DNA of 64,000 nt, from assembly GCF_964204645.1 (NCBI RefSeq), contig NC_134035.1, positions 5,084,001 to 5,148,000 on the forward strand. The letters are read 5' to 3'. Both the position numbers and the translations under genes were made by a program. This stretch comes from Tubulanus polymorphus. Taxonomy: Eukaryota > Animalia > Nemertea. The notes under the pieces were generated by a model that was not told the DNA's origin, did not search any database, and saw only the letters and a list, made by a program, of their open reading frames with translations. Below, piece after piece: positions 25,526 to 38,955 of this stretch (position 1 is its first letter; each line of letters begins with the position of its first letter).

Positions 25526-26832
25526 TATTGGGTTTTACTGTATCACATATTCTTTCCTTGTTGTAAAGCTCGACTGAAATTTCAGTAATCAGTATTATCC
25601 GGATGTTGAATCTATGAGAGAAGCTATTTTCAAATTGCGTGTGCGTGTGATTTTTTTTGCTTACAATAGAGAACGTTTGAATCGATTGTGCACCGCCAGG
25701 TTCCTGATTGCGCGTTGGGTTCCCCCTTTAGTGAAGTTTCCTGTTTTAACAATAGTTTTATTATATCACGGCTAAATCTATATTTTCAACTCTCTCTGTT
25801 GCTGCTGCTGCTGGTTTCATGCATTACAGGAATTGATATCCGGTGTTTTATAATTTTTAAAGTTCGCCTACATCGCATAGATCGTGAGATGAAAGTTCAT
25901 TCGGGGAAATATCACCGTTTTCGAAAAGGTTTCCGTAGAGAAAGGAAGAGAGGCCTGAAAAGTGGAAAATATTTCGTTGCTTTTGAAGATCGGTTGACGT
26001 TTCCACGAAAGACGGATTCGTAGTGTTTCAGGTCCCTTAAAAATAGAGTATATTTGCAAATTGTTAGAACTTCAAACAAACTTTGCATGAAGGGAAAAGT
26101 TGGGAAAAGGGAGCCCAATTCGGTAGGGGGGCTAGAAAGAGTGAAGTCTAGAATTGTAGTATTCAATATAAATGCAGGATTTCTAGAACTTCAGACTTAA
26201 AAAAGAATCGAAAAAAAAATATTGGGCGTTGGAAAATTTGAATTTCAGACTCTTTGAAAGAGCTAGAACGTTTATATTAGAATTTTCCGATTTTATGCTA
26301 TTGGTTTATTGGCAACGACATGAAAAACGATGATACGCAAATTTCTATATATATATGTGTTTTGAGGTTTGGAAATAAGTTCAGACATTTCGACTATTAT
26401 CGGTTTTGTCGCGAAACTAATTTCGAAAAAAGTGACGAAAATATAGCGCGGCGTATCGGGGAGTATTCAGATGTATCGGGGCGTATTGGGACGCCGCCCG
26501 TTATTGTCAGGCGTCGGGCGTTTTAAATATTCATACGTTTTCGAAATGAAACGTCATTAAAACGCGTCGTATTCGACGACGACGACGAAATATCATCCAT
26601 TAATATTTACACTCGGTCGCGAGTGGCATCGATAACTAATTAGCCCGAATGCTGGCGTCGTTTCGATCGGGTATTTTTGTGCGCGGTGTTTTTCGTATTT
26701 TTGTCGAAAGTATCGGAATTTTTTGAAATGCAATCCGGCTCCCCTTTCCCCGGCCTCGGCTCGTGCGGGTGATTTGATGGTTATGCTTTTTTTTATGCGT
26801 TATTTATAGAATTTTTTGCTCGTCTATTTCAG

Positions 26833-26868
26833 AATCAGTCGGATGAGAAGAAATGGCCGACATACGAG
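26833..26868 (+). CDS. Candidate 36-nt in-frame liprin-alpha exon (NQSDEKKWPTYE)
   Basis: Long T-rich tract + tttcag acceptor, consensus GAG|gtaagt donor, phase 0-0, no stop. Confidence 0.6.
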
Positions 26869-27072
26869 GTAAGTTTCTCCAAACTCACTCCTATTCCCTG
26901 TTAGATTATTCTATAGAGTTATAAGTAGATGTTATAACTTGAATATGGAACCGAGTCTGGGCTTACTGTATCTTAGTTTCCAAACTTGGTACTCATTTGT
27001 TTTGCCTCGGAGAAATACTGATTTGACTTGTACGGATGGAAGGTGTAAGGATCAGAGGATTTGCGCCCATTG

Positions 27073-27387
27073 GCCGCGATCACACGGAGACGATTTGGCC
27101 CGGGTCAAATTAGCACGGATCAGACCCGAGCCAAATTTGGCTAATTAGAGAGCGCGGCTCGCAAACCGCTCATTCGATACTAAACAATGCTCAAACAAAG
27201 CGAAGTGAATCATTACGGAACCAGTTGCAATTCAAATTGAATCATTTGTCCTGTGTTAAAAATTGGACTCGGTCTTTGTCCGACGTTTTTGGTCGGGCTA
27301 AACAGGCACGGGTCAATTCGGCATCCATATGAACAGTTGTTCCTGGCCAAATTTGGCACGGGCCTAAAACGCTTGTGTGATCGCGGC
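27073..27387 (+). mobile_element. MITE family B, best-preserved copy (TIR GCCGCGATCACAC; Harbinger-like)
   Basis: Perfect 13-bp TIRs; fragments also near 16836 and 34620-34700. Confidence 0.8.
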
Positions 27388-28365
27388 TTTAGTTTCCATG
27401 TATGGTACACTTTGCGTTTCGCCCCAGAGAAATACTGATACGACCCGCACAAATGGAACGTGTTGGGACCAAAGGTTTTGTACACATCAATAATTAATGC
27501 GCATGTTTTCGTTCATTGTTAACATTTAGGCTTGTATGTAATCCCTCTTGATATCTACGTTCATTTTCAAGAGCGAAAAAAAAAGAAGTCAGGAATGAAT
27601 GATTGCAATGAGTAATCGTGTGGATTTTAATCATTGAAACGACTGAAGTGTTTCCACTTGACCTTTCTGCACTCGTACAGTATTTATGTATTGTTTCCTG
27701 GGTCTATCGATAAACTGAATACTTCGCCGGAGCGGAGATCGATTCGATTTTGGATTTTTTTTAATATGAAAGTTCAAATTTTTCAAAGTCGAGTGAACAA
27801 GAATGTAATGGGACATGTGTATTCACGCCCCCGTATTTCAAAACAACTGCGGGTGAATTGGCATTTTAAATCGATAAATGCACACCGAATGATATCATAC
27901 GAAACTCTGAAGAATAAAAATGCGATGCCTTTCGGCGTAAATTTCACCCCCAATTTCGACGAATTATTTTGACGATCAAACATTGTTTTAGTACGCCGGT
28001 GTAGGAAACATTTTTTCGCAAAAACGAAATGGATAACCCGACACGAAATCAATAGGCATCGTGTGTGTTCAGTTCAATAGTAATATCTAGTACTCTTTTG
28101 TTCGGGGTTATTGCGGACCTATAAAACCAGCTCCCGGGGGTTTACTGATTTTGTGTTTTGTATCATCTATGAATTGAATAATAATTCGAACAGTTCATTC
28201 GACAAGTTTGACTGGGATATCTAATTCCATGAGTTACGATTTCGAACCCTCGAGCGCAAGCAGTGTTAAGTGAAGTATAAAGTCACAGTTCATCGCCGGA
28301 TGCTAAGACGCGCTGTGATATCAGCGATGTATCCACTAATCACCACAATTTACAATGAATTTTTT

Positions 28366-28707
28366 GGGCTTGTGGAACAATACGCTCGCCTTCGACTCTT
28401 GGAAGCCAGGTTGTGTCGGTTCGAACCCGTACATTCCCGTAGTGTTCCCCGACAAGACACTTATCTATCCTCATCGCCTCTCTTCACCTGGGAGTAAATA
28501 GGTACCTGCTCTGATAGATGACTCCTGAGCGCCTCTAGCAGCTGCTCGGATGTTACTTCTCCCCAGGAAGAGGTGACTGATACATGGTTAGAGTTATAGG
28601 CTGAGGGTAATAATACCAGTTCAATGGAAAGCGCCGTTGAACATTGTATCACCGTGAAAAGGGGGTTTTGAAATTAAATTACCATTACTATTACTATTAC
28701 TATTACA
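28366..28707 (+). mobile_element. tRNA-derived SINE with CORE-like central domain and (TACTAT)n tail
   Basis: B box GGTTCGAACCC at 28418; caagacactt...gcctctcttcacctgggagtaaataggtacc; short tandem 3' tail. Confidence 0.65.
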
Positions 28708-29943
28708 TATTCGAGCCCTAAACCTTTATTGTCAGAAAACAAACCAAAAAAAAACACTGCTGTTAAAAATGTTCAGTAAACATTTGAATGATTAAATCTC
28801 GGGTGGTATTTTTGCAGCTGCGTGTTGAAGTTAAGCAACGTGTTGTGGATAAACAACATCGAATTATTATTAAAATATCATTGAACTAGTAATGCATGTA
28901 TCAGGTTTTAAAATTTAGCTGGAAAGAAACCTAATTTCATTGAGTGGAATTGCCGCCCGCCGCCGCCGCTGCTGGCCAGATTCAGTTTCAACGTAGATCA
29001 GCTATTTATATAGAAAACTATCTGATATAATTTTCACCTGATGACGACTATTAGAAATGTATGGAATATATCAATTTCAATAATTTGACGTTTTAGACTT
29101 GACTTAAAAATTTCAGTTTTATATCACCAGACTTGCAGTGCAGACACATATCCTAGTTTCAACGAGTAACACTTCGAAACACCAGCGTCGAGTATGCTGT
29201 TTTTCAAGTTTTGCCGATTCTAGGTTTTACTGAGAGCCTTAAACATGTAACGCCTTGAAAAACAGGATGTATTCAAAATTCGTGTTTTCGTTGAGAGTTT
29301 TTAACAAGTAACACCTTGAAAAACAGGATGTATTCCGAGAGTTTTCATTGAGAGTTTTTAACAAGTAACACTTCGAAAAACTGGTGTAAAGTAGGTCATT
29401 TTACCGATTCTAGTTTACAGCAAGAGATTTTAACGAGTAACACCTCGAAAAACAGGATGTATTCGCAATTCTAATTTTCGGGAGTTTAATTTTTGAGAGT
29501 TTTCGAAAAACGGCGTTAAGTACGACGATCATTTTACCGATTTTTCAGTTGTCACCTGGATAAGACCGACAACGATTAACGTAGCTTCGTAACGCGTCGT
29601 CGGGTTCGGCAGCGACTTCATCAACGTCACCAGTTGTTATTATTATATGATTGTATATTGAAACTGTTGAGATATTATGAATATTAACGACGTATTAATG
29701 ATATTCGCAGTGATTTATAATACTATAGACCATCGAGAGAGGTTTAATAGCTGCTGCTGCTGCTCGACTCGAGTCGTATTAATATCTATTATCCAGTTAT
29801 TTGATCATCTTGAACGGGAATCGGGAGGTTTCGCCCATTATTGAAATCCGAAATGATTCGTATTTCGAGACCGAAGTTTTATTCGGGAAGCAAATGAAGA
29901 TGGCCATTGATAAAACGAGCTATATCCGCGTCGCGACGATAAT

Positions 29944-30187
29944 ATGTAGGGAATCCCACAAAGATAACGAAAAAAGAAATAATATAACTTTTGAAATGTT
30001 TCCACGAGCTAGTAGTCTATTTTACGCTTCGACTATATTCAATCATCTTCAGGAATAGTTAATTCAGGAATATACTGTTTTCCTGAAGATGACTTTTAAA
30101 ATAAAGTTGATACGTTGACTATACCACTAGCTCTCGGAAACTTTTCAGACTAATATTATATTTTCGTTATTATTGTAGGATTCTCCT
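29944..30187. mobile_element. Palindromic hammerhead-like element, diverged copy
   Basis: Same gaatcccaca / tcatcttcagg / cctgaagatgac architecture as 53586-53812. Confidence 0.7.
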
Positions 30188-31164
30188 TATTAACAAAATT
30201 CATAAAGACTCTATTAAAGACTATAGTCTTTATGAATTTTTGATATTAACCGATGAAGATTTTTTTTCATCCCCATTTATCGCACAGAAACATTTTCGCC
30301 TGGCGATTTTTCTGTCATTCGTCATAGAAAACTTTTTCGATTTACAAAAAGATTTTTCCCCAATAAATCCCAGAAATTAGTTGGAAAACCTGCCCGTGAT
30401 ACGAGCGAACGTACGACGAGTTGATGATAACAGCCGGCGTTATACGGATGAGATTAATGAACGGACATCAATTACTAATTAAATTATAGTGCGGAACGGA
30501 TGTCACGAGCGAGTAGACATCGTTTATAAAACCCGGTCGATATATCACACCGCTCTCGTTGTAGAAAGACGACCTGACTATCGAATGATACTCATTACAT
30601 CTCGAAATCCATTTGTTTGTTTTATTAATGTCGGAACCGACGACGAACGGCGCCGATTGTTGTTCATTTGAAGAAAAAAAAAGCGATTATGGAAAATCCA
30701 GTTGTTGCACGAAGCGGTATTTCATCTTCATATGGTTTTTGGGAAATCGGGAATTTTGGAATATTTGGGAATTTGATAGATTTTCCTCTAATTTGGAAAA
30801 TTGTTTGAGATCGATTGTACACTTCAAGTATAGCATTTGCCGAGGGCAACTCTTTTTGAGCGATTCCTCTTGGAAACGGCACGTTTATCGAAAAGTCACC
30901 TCTGAAATATCCCGGTATCACGATCTGTCTGAAGTAAAATCCAACATTGTGAAGAAAAACGAAACGAGAATTGTACGTTTCGACCCAATTCTTGTAGGCC
31001 ATTTTCAAAAACAGTTTTTGTAAATGGCCGACAAGAATTGGGTCGAAAGGTAGAAATCTTATTTGAATTCATGTAACTGTGGAAACGATCCGGGTCTTTG
31101 ATTGATAACTAAAACTTTATGTCAGTTAAATCTCAGATATTCAACAGATTGCGAGCACTCGATG

Positions 31165-31170
<6 letters not shown>

Positions 31171-31244
<74 letters not shown>

Positions 31245-31528
31245 ACACATACACACACATACACACACATACACACACATACACACACATACACACACAC
31301 ACACACACACATACACACACATACACACACATACACACATACACACACATACACACACATACACACACATACACACACATACACACACATACACACATAC
31401 ACACACATACACACACATACACACACATACACACACATACACACACACATACACACACACATACACACACATACACACACATACACACACATACACACAC
31501 ATACACACACATACACACACATACATAT
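31171..31528 (+). repeat. Compound microsatellite (TA)n-(CA)n-(TACACACACA)n
   Basis: Directly visible. Confidence 0.98.
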
Positions 31529-34500
31529 AGGTAATTGCTGTATCCATTTTTTCTGACACCGTTGCTAACAACAACAAAACAACCAATTACAAAGATATTT
31601 TTTTTAGTTTTATGGATGATGATGATGGCAGTGGTTGCACGAGATGCTAATCGACAGTATTTTCAAAGCCGTTCTGAACGGCGGTGGTCGCGGGGAAAAT
31701 GTTTATTCGCCGGCCTTATTAATTTGAATCTATTTATAATATCAGAGGTTTGCAGCCCTTCGGGTCCGACGTCTGATGATACATTTTAAGGATATCAATT
31801 GAAATAAAAATCGTCGCGGTGGAGAGCTATTTTTCGAAATGGCTACCGGGATAAACGAAAATAGATATGAAAATATTGCCCTCTCCTAATTAGACGTTTT
31901 CAAAGGTTGTATGCTCCTGATCTGATAGTTAGAGTTAGAGGAGGCTGAAATTCGATGAATTCTAACGAAAAATTATTTGATGCAGACTTTTCGAATACTA
32001 GTTTTGATCTAGCCTACCAATTTACGAAATTTGGTGCCTTATTTAGAATCCTAGACGCTGGCTTCTGTACGGAGCTTCATATATTGATAGAAATTGAATG
32101 CAAGGTTAATGATCAATCCAAACTTAAATTACGCCATCATCTCGAATGAGAAGATAAGTTTCAAGCGCTGTTCCTACGAAATGATTTGGCGGGAAATGTT
32201 CTCGAAAGTTTTCAACCACCAAGTCGATGATCAATGATCTATGATCTATGCTCTATACAACATCTATGTATCGCCTAGGTACGACCGGAAAAACGTTGAA
32301 ATCTGTCTCAAATCTGGAAACCGAAATCACGAAGTTTTTCTCCATCGGAAACTTTTTTAAAAGTTAAAGAAGCGCGAAAATAGCGATAACGAGAGTGTAG
32401 AGAGGTGTAATATCAGCGGTATCGGTCTGTCGGGTTTTCAGCGTTGACTGATGAATCGCGGTTCGACGATGTTACCGCAGTAACAACACGCTGACGGCCG
32501 CAGCCGCGGGAATTGTCGTACATTACTTTCCGCTAAATCGAGTAAATGGTCGTCGGAGATAACGCGCGTCGTGTAACGGTCGTTCGGTCGAACTGCCGTC
32601 CGTTCTATCTATCAGAAATCACGACGTCGCTCGTGTATCGGCGACTTCTACGAATCGACCGAGTTTCAAAATTACGCCCGACGCCGGACACGTATTGCCG
32701 CGCGGCGATCCGTAGAAATTTTTTTATCATGTAGCCTAGTCTAGGTCGATCGATAAGTCGTCATTATCGGATTTATCTCGTCCTCCCTCGGCAGGGATTC
32801 AAACCTGATGGCGTCGCTACACTCAGCCACACTCGGAAACCCCGCTGCATTGGACCGAGTGCGCGGGTACACGTGGAGCTTTGTCGCACGAAAACTTGCG
32901 GTACCGATCAGATCGCTCGTTGTACAATCGCCGAGGTTAATTTCAAGAGAACTATAAGTGGGAAAACCCGGGCTAAATAAAACTGGATATCTGGTTGGCT
33001 AATAATGACATCAGCTAACCTGCGCACTCTGTTTAGTGTGGCAAGGTTTCATACCGTGGCAATCAACCTATAGAATGAGTTTAGATGGTGTTTAGAATAC
33101 TAGCGCGCCCAAGAGGGAATGACAATAAAAACGTTTTAATTTCGATATTTCTCTAGGGTAGAAACAGGAAGTAGAGCCTGTGCTAATGCGGAGATAATTT
33201 GGGTAATTTTTGTGGTTTGATATGTTACGCGTATATACATGACAACCAGAATTGAAGACTGCGGCAAGTTTTAGCTCGAAGGTTGAATATTATTTATTCG
33301 AAAATGATAATGAAAAGATGAATCTGCCTACTTGACTTACTGGCACCTTTTTTGATGCCACCATATCTGACGTGGGCATAAAAGCCACTCCTTTCAAGAA
33401 GTTTCGTGTATCAGATCCTTGTCGGTTGTCGTAGATTTGGAGAACTACTGCTCGATGTTGCTGTTTTCAAATTGTCAAAATTGTATGTAATCTTGTAGAT
33501 AATCTCGTCATCTGTCATCAGGACCTTAGATTTTTCAATTGATCTTGTCTTGCTTCTCGTTTCTGGGTTGAGTAAACTCCTCCGTCTAATGTCCATTAGG
33601 CTGCAGATAATTTAATGTTTAATTCTTTCTTTTTGTACCGGGGCAATTTTACAAATACCGGTAATTGTCATACTTCACTGGACTTTCGTGTAAGTGAATT
33701 GCTTAGCATTGGTTCCACTCGATGGAAACTTCTCAAAATGGTCATAGCTCTTTGACTTTAAAACTGTGTTATCTGTGCTATCTTGATAATTATAGTTTAA
33801 CCATTTCATGCATTAACTGTGGAATTTATATACAAAACTCCCAATATAAAAACAAATTTATTTTCACTGAAATGCCCACTTCTAATTAATTCTTGTATCA
33901 TGAGGGATTTTGAGCAATGTTACGAACAGTTTTTTGGGTGAAATTTTACAAACAGATTTATTGAAGCGACGTGAAAATGAACAAACAGATAGAATTGTGA
34001 TTTGATGAAATATTAATTTTTGTTGAAAATTTTTTTTAATTTCTTGTGGATTTCCATCCAAGTGTGTTATCGAATTTAGAAAATAGTTGCCAGCATTCGA
34101 TTTGTCGATGTTTATTCATATAAATTTGGATGCAATGTTTCAGTAGAAAAGTGCTCTAGCAGAATTCTAATAGTTGTGTAAAATACCATGAGAGTTTAGT
34201 TCACGCGACGGCCCCGCCGCGCTCAAAACTGATGACTATTCAAGTCAATAACAGATATGTTTCGCGAGATGATAAGAGAGGATGAAGACTGCAAGAGCGC
34301 GTGCGCACATTGGAGTCGACTGTCAGGGGAGTCTTCACTAAAACAAACATACCTTATATCCGTTAACAAAGTCTTATTTCCCAATAGTCTGATTGTAACT
34401 GGTTATTCATGCGCGACGTTCAGTTTCATCTCTTTAAATATGGCTTCAAGACTCGGAGAAATATTTGAATTCGGAATATTGTTCTTTATTGCGGTTTTGT

Positions 34501-34729
34501 TTCGGAGTCTTTGAATTTAAGCTTTTAAACGTGTTCGCATTTTTCGCCCTTTATTGAGAGTTGATTCGAAGTCCTCGAATGAATTTAGAAGATGTTTTAG
34601 TCAAATATGGACGTGTAAACACGCTTTCTAATTAGCCACGGGCCACATTTGATCTATGCCAATTTGGCCCGGGCCGAATTGTCTCCGCGTGATCGCGGCT
34701 TATTACAGCGCTGAGGGACCCGACTGAAT

Positions 34730-34988
34730 AGCACGGGTTCACCAGTTTTAAACCCGCTATCTTCTGGTTGAGTCGAACACCAGGTTTGAACCCACTACCT
34801 GCTGGTTGAGTCGAACACCGGGTTCACCAGGTTTTAACCCTCTACCTGCAGGTTGAGTCGAACACCGGGTTCACCAGGTTTGAACCCTCTACCTGCAGGT
34901 TGAGTCGAACACCGGGTTCACCAGGTTTGAACCCTCTACCTGCAGGTTGAGTCGAACACCGGGTTCACCAGGTCGGGTCGAACACCCA
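34730..34988 (+). repeat. 47-bp minisatellite (AACACCGGGTTCACCAGGTTTGAACCCTCTACCTGCAGGTTGAGTCG), ~5.5 copies
   Basis: Unit starts at 34861 and 34908. Confidence 0.9.
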
Positions 34989-36029
34989 CCAAGACATAAA
35001 AGTGCTAAATATAAAAGTTGCTGCGTTTTCTAGTCGACTCGTCGTACGCCGAAGCAAGATCCAGGCCTCGGAGGAAACTCGGCGGCGAGTGCGTTGTACG
35101 AGTTGTCAATATCACCTGTGTCTAGTGACACGAACCCAATCACTAAACGCAGAAATTCAACACCCCTGAAGCCTCGTGCTGGTATTCTCCGGTCTGTCGC
35201 CTCTAGGGTTTTTTTTATTCGAGATTTCATTCAACGTCTGCGACAGATATTCGTCGAAATATCACAAACCAATCATTAGTCGATTTTTGCGTCGGTCCAT
35301 TTTACATTTATTCGCATCGACGTGTATTTAATTGAAAACTAGAATCGATAGCGGTGGAGTTCAAATTCGCTGATTTAAGTAACGAACAGACAAATTTAGA
35401 CCGACCGAGACGACTGATCCGGGTTCAGGGACAATTTGCTCGCACAATTTGCTAGGTTGTGAATAGAAATTTTGCTATGATCGTCAATCATTGCATTGCA
35501 TCTCGCTGGACCAGTGAAAACAGCTGATTTAAAAATGTTTTGGACGCACAGTTTCGATTTGGTCCGTTCTTGAACTGTTCCATTCGCATGGGCCAAATTA
35601 GAATGGACTATCCATTGATGGTATGAATGTGGTTTTAATTGTGGAAGATGAGCAAAACATTGCGATAAACAATGTAGTCAAGTTATCTGGTGTTTTTACA
35701 GTGTGTGCGTTAGGACAGATTTTTTGTTTAAGTCATCACATTTTTCCAATAGAAATCGCCATCTACTTCTTTTCGCCTCTGATATTCCGTTCGCTGTTGG
35801 CGGACAGACGGCTACATGTAATCAATAAGTTTGTTCGATAAATCTGATGATCTACGCGCGTCGGGGATTAGCTTTTCATTTGAAAAAAACGGGAGTCATC
35901 CGCCGGTGGTGGTCGTCCGTCTGCCCGAGAAATCATTATTTGATGATGAGATGCTCACCTCTTCTTTAACGCGACGACAATGTCGATATATCAGATTTCA
36001 CCTGCTACATGCAGTAGATAGATCAGTCA

Positions 36030-36420
36030 ACAGCGGTACTGGATCCACAGTCAAACGAAACCCACACAACTGTGGAACTGGATCCATATTCAAATGAAAA
36101 CCCTCACAACTGTGGAACTGGATCCAGTCAAATTAAATCAACAATACTGTGGAACTGGATCCACAGTCAAATTAAACCCACACAACTGTGGAACTGGCTT
36201 CAGAGTCACATTATACCCATACAACTGTGGGACTGGATCCACAGTCAAATTAGGCAACTGTGTCATTGGCTTCATAGTCAAAATGAACTCACACAACTGT
36301 GGATCCACAGTCATGTTAGGCAAGTGTGAGATGAAATTGAATCCACAACTGGATTAAGGGGCTAATCAGGCAACTTTAGAAGTGGATCCCCAGTCAAACT
36401 CCCACCTCCCAGGTCAAATT
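36030..36420 (+). repeat. Degenerate tandem repeat (CAACTGTGGAACTGGATCCACAGTCAAA)
   Basis: Motif recurs about every 35-40 bp. Confidence 0.85.
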
Positions 36421-37689
36421 AACCACATACAGTAAAAACGAAGTGTGAAACCCTCATTATTATTGTGCTTCTCGGTTCATATCAGATTCAAAAAGTCAAA
36501 TAGTTGTAGTAGTCGTATAGAGATGTACATTCCAGCCATCGGGTGGACTGGTGTAGTGCCCGGACACTGTGTCATGTGTCCAGACACTCTCAGCGTGTGT
36601 CTACTCGGTCAACCATACACGGTTGTTATTTTATCGACTCTATTCCACGCATCATTTCACTGATATCGTATGGAACTGCGTGTGCCGCGCTGCGCTGTCC
36701 GATGATGAGAATATCTCGGTATAGTTCAGTTGTCATTGTCTTCGTATTCAGCATACGCTGCAATATTGGCATTTCATTCTAGCGTTTCTCCGCGCAGAAT
36801 CCGCTCGGCTATACGTCGTCTATGTACTTTACCATTCTGAAAACTTTCGAAGCAACTTTTTCATCGGCTATTTTCCGGATGTCAAATTGCTTTTACCCAC
36901 AGACCCCAGGTTGGAACGTTAGTGGTGACCAGTTACTTCACCTTAATCATTCTCGAATCATTCTCAAAAATCTTTTCTTTTTCGATTCCGAATTTCCCTG
37001 TATAATACTTAACGCTTATTATCTCGATTTCCTCTTACCTTTACGACTTTTTGACGAGCTTAATTTCTAAATGTTCGCAATCGATCCCGGTTTATCGACT
37101 GTTAAAATCAGTTCAATAAGTGACGAGCGACCCGGTCAGTTTTATGTTGAACGTCATTTGTCGAAGCGATTATTTTTCGAGTTTGCGGCGCATTCGTTTC
37201 GCTAATGAAAAATACAAAACGCAGATCGTTATCATCTATCGTTATCTCTCTTACCTTTTGTGGCCGGTTCGTATTTCCGCGTAGCGAGAATACCGACGAC
37301 GGCTCAACTGAATTCGTAAAAAAAAAAACCGCTCGGCGTCCCAGGGGCCGATGCTATAACCATGGTAACTGTAACCAACAATACCCCTGGTGTGTATGCG
37401 CGAGGTATGCTTATCCAATGATAAGCTAAGGATTATGTTTCTTATCCTTATCTTATTCAATCAAGGGAATGTTTGATATGACGATTCTGCGCGTGGACGT
37501 ACAAACATACAGACGGATGGATGTAAGGTGTAAACGAATGATTATCGATGATATTTAGTTTATCATGAAATTCATGAATTCAGCTGCGACCAAATGACGG
37601 TGACATATTATATGATAAAACTGTCTAATCTGGTCATTCAGGTAAGGGCAAAGCTTATCAGTTTCTATAGCCACCTATGAGACATCTTA

Positions 37690-38955
37690 TCAGGTGGATA
37701 GCTGCAACATTTCAGCTGCTCCTTTCATCGGGTGGATGGTCTAGACGTCCAGCTACACTTTTCATGGGATGGATGACGCTAACGTTCAGCTACCCCTCAC
37801 ATCGAGTGGATGATCTCGGTGTTTCAGCTACACCTCACATGGGATGGATGACTATAACATTCAGCTACACCTTTCATGGGGTGGATGACTCTAACGTTTC
37901 AGCTACCCCACACATGGAGTGGATGATCTAAATGTTACAGCTACCCCTTACATGGGATGGATGACTGTAACATACAGCTACCCCTCACATGGGGTGGATG
38001 ATCTAAATGTTTCAGCTACCCTTTACGTGGAGTGGATGATCTCAATGTTTCAGCTACCCCACACATGGAGTGGATGATCTAAATGTTACAGCTACCCCTT
38101 ACATGGGGTGGATGACTGTAACATACAGCTACCCCTCACATGGGGTGGATGATCTAAATGTTTCAGCTACCCTTTACGTGGAGTGGATGATCTCAATGTT
38201 TCAGCTACCCCTCACATGGGGTGGATGATCTAAATGTTTCAGCTACCCTTTACGTGGAGTGGATGATCTCAATGTTTCAGCTACCCCTCACATGGAGTGG
38301 ATGATCTAAATGTTACAGTTACCCCTTACATGGGATGGATGACTGTAACATTCAGCTACACCTTTCATGGGGTGGATGACTGTAACATTCAGCTACCCCA
38401 CACATGGAGTGGATGATCTAAATGTTACAGTTACCCCTTACATGGGGTGGATGACTGTAACATACAGCTACCCCTCACATGGGGTGGATGATCTAAATGT
38501 TTCAGCTACCCTTTACGAGGAGTGGATGATCTAAATGTTTCAGCTACCCTTTACGAGGAGTGGATGATCTCAATGTTTCAGCTACCCTTTACGAGGAGTG
38601 GATGATCTCAATGTTTCAGCTACCCCTCACATGGAGTGGATGATCTAAATGTTACAGTTACCCCTTACATGGGGTGGATGACTGTAACATACAGCTACCC
38701 CTCACATGGGGTGGATGATCTAAATGTTTCAGCTACCCTTTACGAGGAGTGGATGATCTAAATGTTTCAGCTACCCTTTACGAGGAGTGGATGATCTCAA
38801 TGTTTCAGCTACCCCTCACATCGAGTGGATGATCTCAATGTTTCAGCTACACCTCACATGGGCTGGATGATCTCAATGTTCAAGCTACCCTGTACATGGA
38901 GTGGATGATCCTAACGTTTCAGCTACCCCTCACATGGAGTAGATGATCTCAATAT
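37690..38955 (+). repeat. 37-38-bp satellite (TGGATGATCTAAATGTTTCAGCTACCCCTCACATGGAG), ~33 copies
   Basis: Tandem units without spacers, degenerate edges. Confidence 0.95.

Noticed and set aside
28366-28440. tRNA gene (also 14190-14270)
   Set aside because: B box present but no cloverleaf or oligo-T terminator; continues into a SINE body
31102-31586. His/Thr- and Cys/Val-rich ORFs
   Set aside because: Translations of a (TA)/(CA) microsatellite
37690-38955. CRISPR-like periodic 38-bp array (also the 27-, 47- and 58-bp arrays)
   Set aside because: Units are contiguous with no unique spacers, no cas genes, eukaryotic intron context
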